Below are positions 61,619-64,000 of a DNA stretch of 64,000 nucleotides, one piece after another. The position numbers were made by a program, and so were the translations under genes. The notes under the pieces are model-generated. The model had not been told where the DNA came from and searched no databases. It was given only the letters and a program-made list of their open reading frames with translations. Source of the stretch: Candidatus Omnitrophota bacterium (GTDB lineage Bacteria; Omnitrophota; Gorgyraeia; B26-G9); the NCBI GenBank assembly GCA_018817585.1, contig JAHITE010000007.1, forward strand, positions 25,251-89,250, written 5' to 3'. The stretch's first letter is position 1. The number at the start of each line of letters is the position of its first letter.

Positions 61619-62482
61619 GTGTTAAAATATAAAAAGATGATTAAAAGCGTTAAACGAAAAAAAGGGATTATTCTAATCATTGTTTTATGGGTAATGTTTT
61701 TTCTTTCTGTGGTTGTGCTGGTTTTAGGGGCGAAAAACAGAATGAATGTAAGACTGCGCTCATTGAATAATGAAAGTTTGCGCATGTTTTATTTAGCCAA
61801 ACAGGGGATTAACCAGGCAATTGATATTCTGATCAAAGATGACTGGCAGTTTGATTCCCTGAATGAAAACTGGTCTGAGAAAATCAGTTCAGAGCAGGAT
61901 GAGGGAAAACTTACGGTTCAGATTATTGATGAGAACCGGTTTATAAATATAAATAATGTTTCCGAAGAAATTCTAAATAATGTTAAAACTTTTTTTCCGG
62001 AAATAACCGTTGAGCAGGTAGCGGCAATTCTTAAGAATCGGCCGTTTAATCTTAAAAGCGAAGTTATTGATTTATTAGCCTTAGCTGATACAGGTTTGGT
62101 TGCCAATCAATTTAACCAAACCCGGCTGATTGATCTGCTGACGACTTTTTCCGACGGGAAGCTGAACATTAATACTGTTTCCGAAGCGGTTTTGGTTGTG
62201 CTTCCCGGGATGACTGAATCAGCAGCGCAGGCAATTGTTGCGCATAGACAGTCAAATCCGTTTATCAGCAATGACGCGCTTTCCGGAGATTTATCGCTTT
62301 TAGGCTTAACTCCCGGGCAGGTTAGCTCCCTGATTAAGTGTGTTAAGGTTAATTCCAATGTATTTCGGATCTTAGTTTCAGCGCAGTCAAATAATCGGCA
62401 TATTGCTAAAAATCTGGAAGTAGTGCTCAGCCGGCAGGATAATCAGCTTAAGATTTTATTATCAAAGGAGAATCAGGATTGA
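61619..62482 (+). CDS. GspK-like minor pseudopilin
   Basis: N-terminus GIILIIVLWVMFFLSVVV and an internal HhH-like GspK domain. 287 aa. Confidence 0.6.
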   Translation: MLKYKKMIKSVKRKKGIILIIVLWVMFFLSVVVLVLGAKNRMNVRLRSLNNESLRMFYLAKQGINQAIDILIKDDWQFDSLNENWSEKISSEQDEGKLTVQIIDENRFININNVSEEILNNVKTFFPEITVEQVAAILKNRPFNLKSEVIDLLALADTGLVANQFNQTRLIDLLTTFSDGKLNINTVSEAVLVVLPGMTESAAQAIVAHRQSNPFISNDALSGDLSLLGLTPGQVSSLIKCVKVNSNVFRILVSAQSNNRHIAKNLEVVLSRQDNQLKILLSKENQD

Positions 62483-63810
62483 TTAAAACAATAATTTATT
62501 TCACCAATAAAAAAGCCCGGATTGCCCGGTTTAGCCTGAACAAACAAGCGCTTAAGCTGGTTAAAGATCAAAGCATTGCTTTAGCGGATAAAGAAATTGA
62601 TCCTTTAGCAATCAAGGATTTTCTGGCAAAGCAGGGAATTGGAAAAACAAATATTATCGGCTGCTTATTTCGCTATCAGGTCAGCGTAAGATTCTTTTCT
62701 TTTCCTTCTCATGAAAACGCGGAAATCGAGCGCATGGTTCAATACGAAGCCGCCGAGCTGCTGCCTTTAAAACCCGAAGAAACAATCACCCGTTATCTGG
62801 TTCTGAATAAAAAACCCAATGGCTATGCTGATACTTTGCTGGTCGTTACCCATAAAGAAGAAGTCAGCAAACTGCTGGATAAAATTAAACAAGCGGGCTT
62901 GGGCATCGAAGCGCTTAGTCTGAGCAGTCTGGCTTTGCTCAAATGTCTGGAACATGCTCTGGGTAAAAATAAAACAGATGATCCGGTTTTATTGGTTTAT
63001 ATCGAAGACAATGCCGCGGAAATCATTATTGCCAGAAATGGGATTATTGAATTCAGCCGCGGTTTTTTAACTGGAGATATCGAGCGTTTTCCCCAGGTTT
63101 TAATCAGTGAAATCCGCCACAGCATGGAATTGTTTTTTAATAATGCCGAAGAAAATAAACTGAAAAAAATCATTCTTGGTTCTCCGGACAATGATCTTAA
63201 ATCAATCGCCGAAGACCTAAAGCAAAGGTTTGCCATACCGCTAGAGGAAGTGCCAATGGATATTGCGTATGGTTTAGCGGTTTTAGATGGCGCGGAGATT
63301 AATTTACTGAGCAATGAATTTGTCTTAAGCAAACAGCAGCAGGTTTTTAAAAAACGGATTCTGTTTGGGCTCGGGTTGTTATTTATAAATATTTTATTGC
63401 TGGCTGGAATATTTACACTGCAGATAAACCGTAAACAGGCTTATCTGGAAAAAATAAATCAGGAAATAAGCAAACTTAAGCCGCAGGCCCATACAGTTCA
63501 GAGTAAATTAAGAAAACTGGAAATAGTTAAGCAACAGTTAAGTTCCCAGCTGCGGATCCTAGACGCGATTACGGATATTGCTGATATTATACCTGTGTCG
63601 GCTAATCTGAATATGCTGTCAATCAATGAACAAGGCATTTTCCTGATCAGAGGCCAGTCCAAGACTTTACAGGAAGTGCTGGATTTTGTCAGCGTGATCG
63701 AAAAATCAGAGTATTTTATCAACAGTCATTTAAATTACTCTAACAGAAGAAAAATAAAAGACTTAGAACTGATTGATTTTGAAATCCAGGCAATGATTCA
63801 ACAGCAGTAA
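62479..63810 (+). CDS. GspL-like / PilM-PilN-fusion-like bitopic assembly protein
   Basis: Cytoplasmic actin-like domain, a single TM (ILFGLGLLFINILLLAGIFTL), then a coiled-coil periplasmic domain. Confidence 0.55.
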   Translation: MIKTIIYFTNKKARIARFSLNKQALKLVKDQSIALADKEIDPLAIKDFLAKQGIGKTNIIGCLFRYQVSVRFFSFPSHENAEIERMVQYEAAELLPLKPEETITRYLVLNKKPNGYADTLLVVTHKEEVSKLLDKIKQAGLGIEALSLSSLALLKCLEHALGKNKTDDPVLLVYIEDNAAEIIIARNGIIEFSRGFLTGDIERFPQVLISEIRHSMELFFNNAEENKLKKIILGSPDNDLKSIAEDLKQRFAIPLEEVPMDIAYGLAVLDGAEINLLSNEFVLSKQQQVFKKRILFGLGLLFINILLLAGIFTLQINRKQAYLEKINQEISKLKPQAHTVQSKLRKLEIVKQQLSSQLRILDAITDIADIIPVSANLNMLSINEQGIFLIRGQSKTLQEVLDFVSVIEKSEYFINSHLNYSNRRKIKDLELIDFEIQAMIQQQ

Positions 63811-63915
63811 AACCTGAAATTTTTGATTAAAACAGATAGTGGTTAGCGAAAACTAAAACCGGTTTTCGGCTTTGATTGCTTCTGTTTTTTATTTTAAATT
63901 GAAAAAAGAGAGAAT

Positions 63916-64000
63916 ATGCGGATCATCAGCGGGCAATTCAAAAACCGAAACATAAAAATGCCGGCTTCACGCGATGTCCGGCCAACCAGCCAAAAAGTGC
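63916..64000 (+). CDS. rsmD: 16S rRNA (guanine966-N2)-methyltransferase RsmD, N-terminal fragment (runs off the window)
   Basis: MRIISGQFKNRNIKMPASRDVRPTSQKV matches the conserved RsmD start (MRIIGG..RGR.L..P....RPT.D.V). Confidence 0.55.
   Translation, partial: MRIISGQFKNRNIKMPASRDVRPTSQKV

Overview
This is an AT-rich (about 35-40% GC) bacterial chromosomal segment with almost all genes on the + strand. The lineage cannot be assigned from sequence alone; the gene content looks like an uncultivated, possibly Omnitrophota- or CPR-like organism, and that is only an impression. Most of the window is conserved housekeeping synteny. It starts inside an M29 aminopeptidase and ends inside rsmD. In between are thiM-thiE, carA-carB-purF, pyrG, a glycogen block (glgC, a GH57 enzyme, malQ), a tRNA-Pro/Arg/His cluster, hflX, the hrcA-grpE-dnaK-dnaJ operon with a perfect CIRCE operator, greA, uvrA, a TPR/outer-membrane barrel/ExbB/ExbD/TonB cluster and GspJ/K/L-like pseudopilin genes. 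There are no CRISPR arrays, integrases, transposases or rRNA genes. The non-routine signals are mostly in intergenic regions. (1) A roughly 40-aa lysine/valine-repeat peptide ORF with a strong RBS lies upstream of a PAS-HD-GYP gene, next to a 13-bp hairpin with G-U pairs. (2) Two copies of a composite intergenic repeat element lie before greA and before the pseudopilin genes, the second with a GC-rich imperfect palindrome. (3) Tandem phasin-like genes follow glgC, one with a histone-H1-like lysine tail. (4) A 15-18-mer and a 12-mer promoter motif are each shared between two unrelated loci; one pair (uvrA and a hypothetical protein) hints at a small damage regulon. (5) A candidate roughly 94-nt sRNA with an extended -10 and an intrinsic terminator lies upstream of uvrA. 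(6) An (AAAT)7 microsatellite sits in the mgtE promoter region. (7) A LOG-family gene appears split by a roughly 38-bp insertion or frameshift. (8) A ComEA-like HhH domain is fused to an EEP nuclease. I see no single obvious novel multi-gene system. The c-di-GMP module (GAF-ANTAR, PAS-HD-GYP, PilZ) plus the lysine-rich peptide and the repeat-element family are the best leads.
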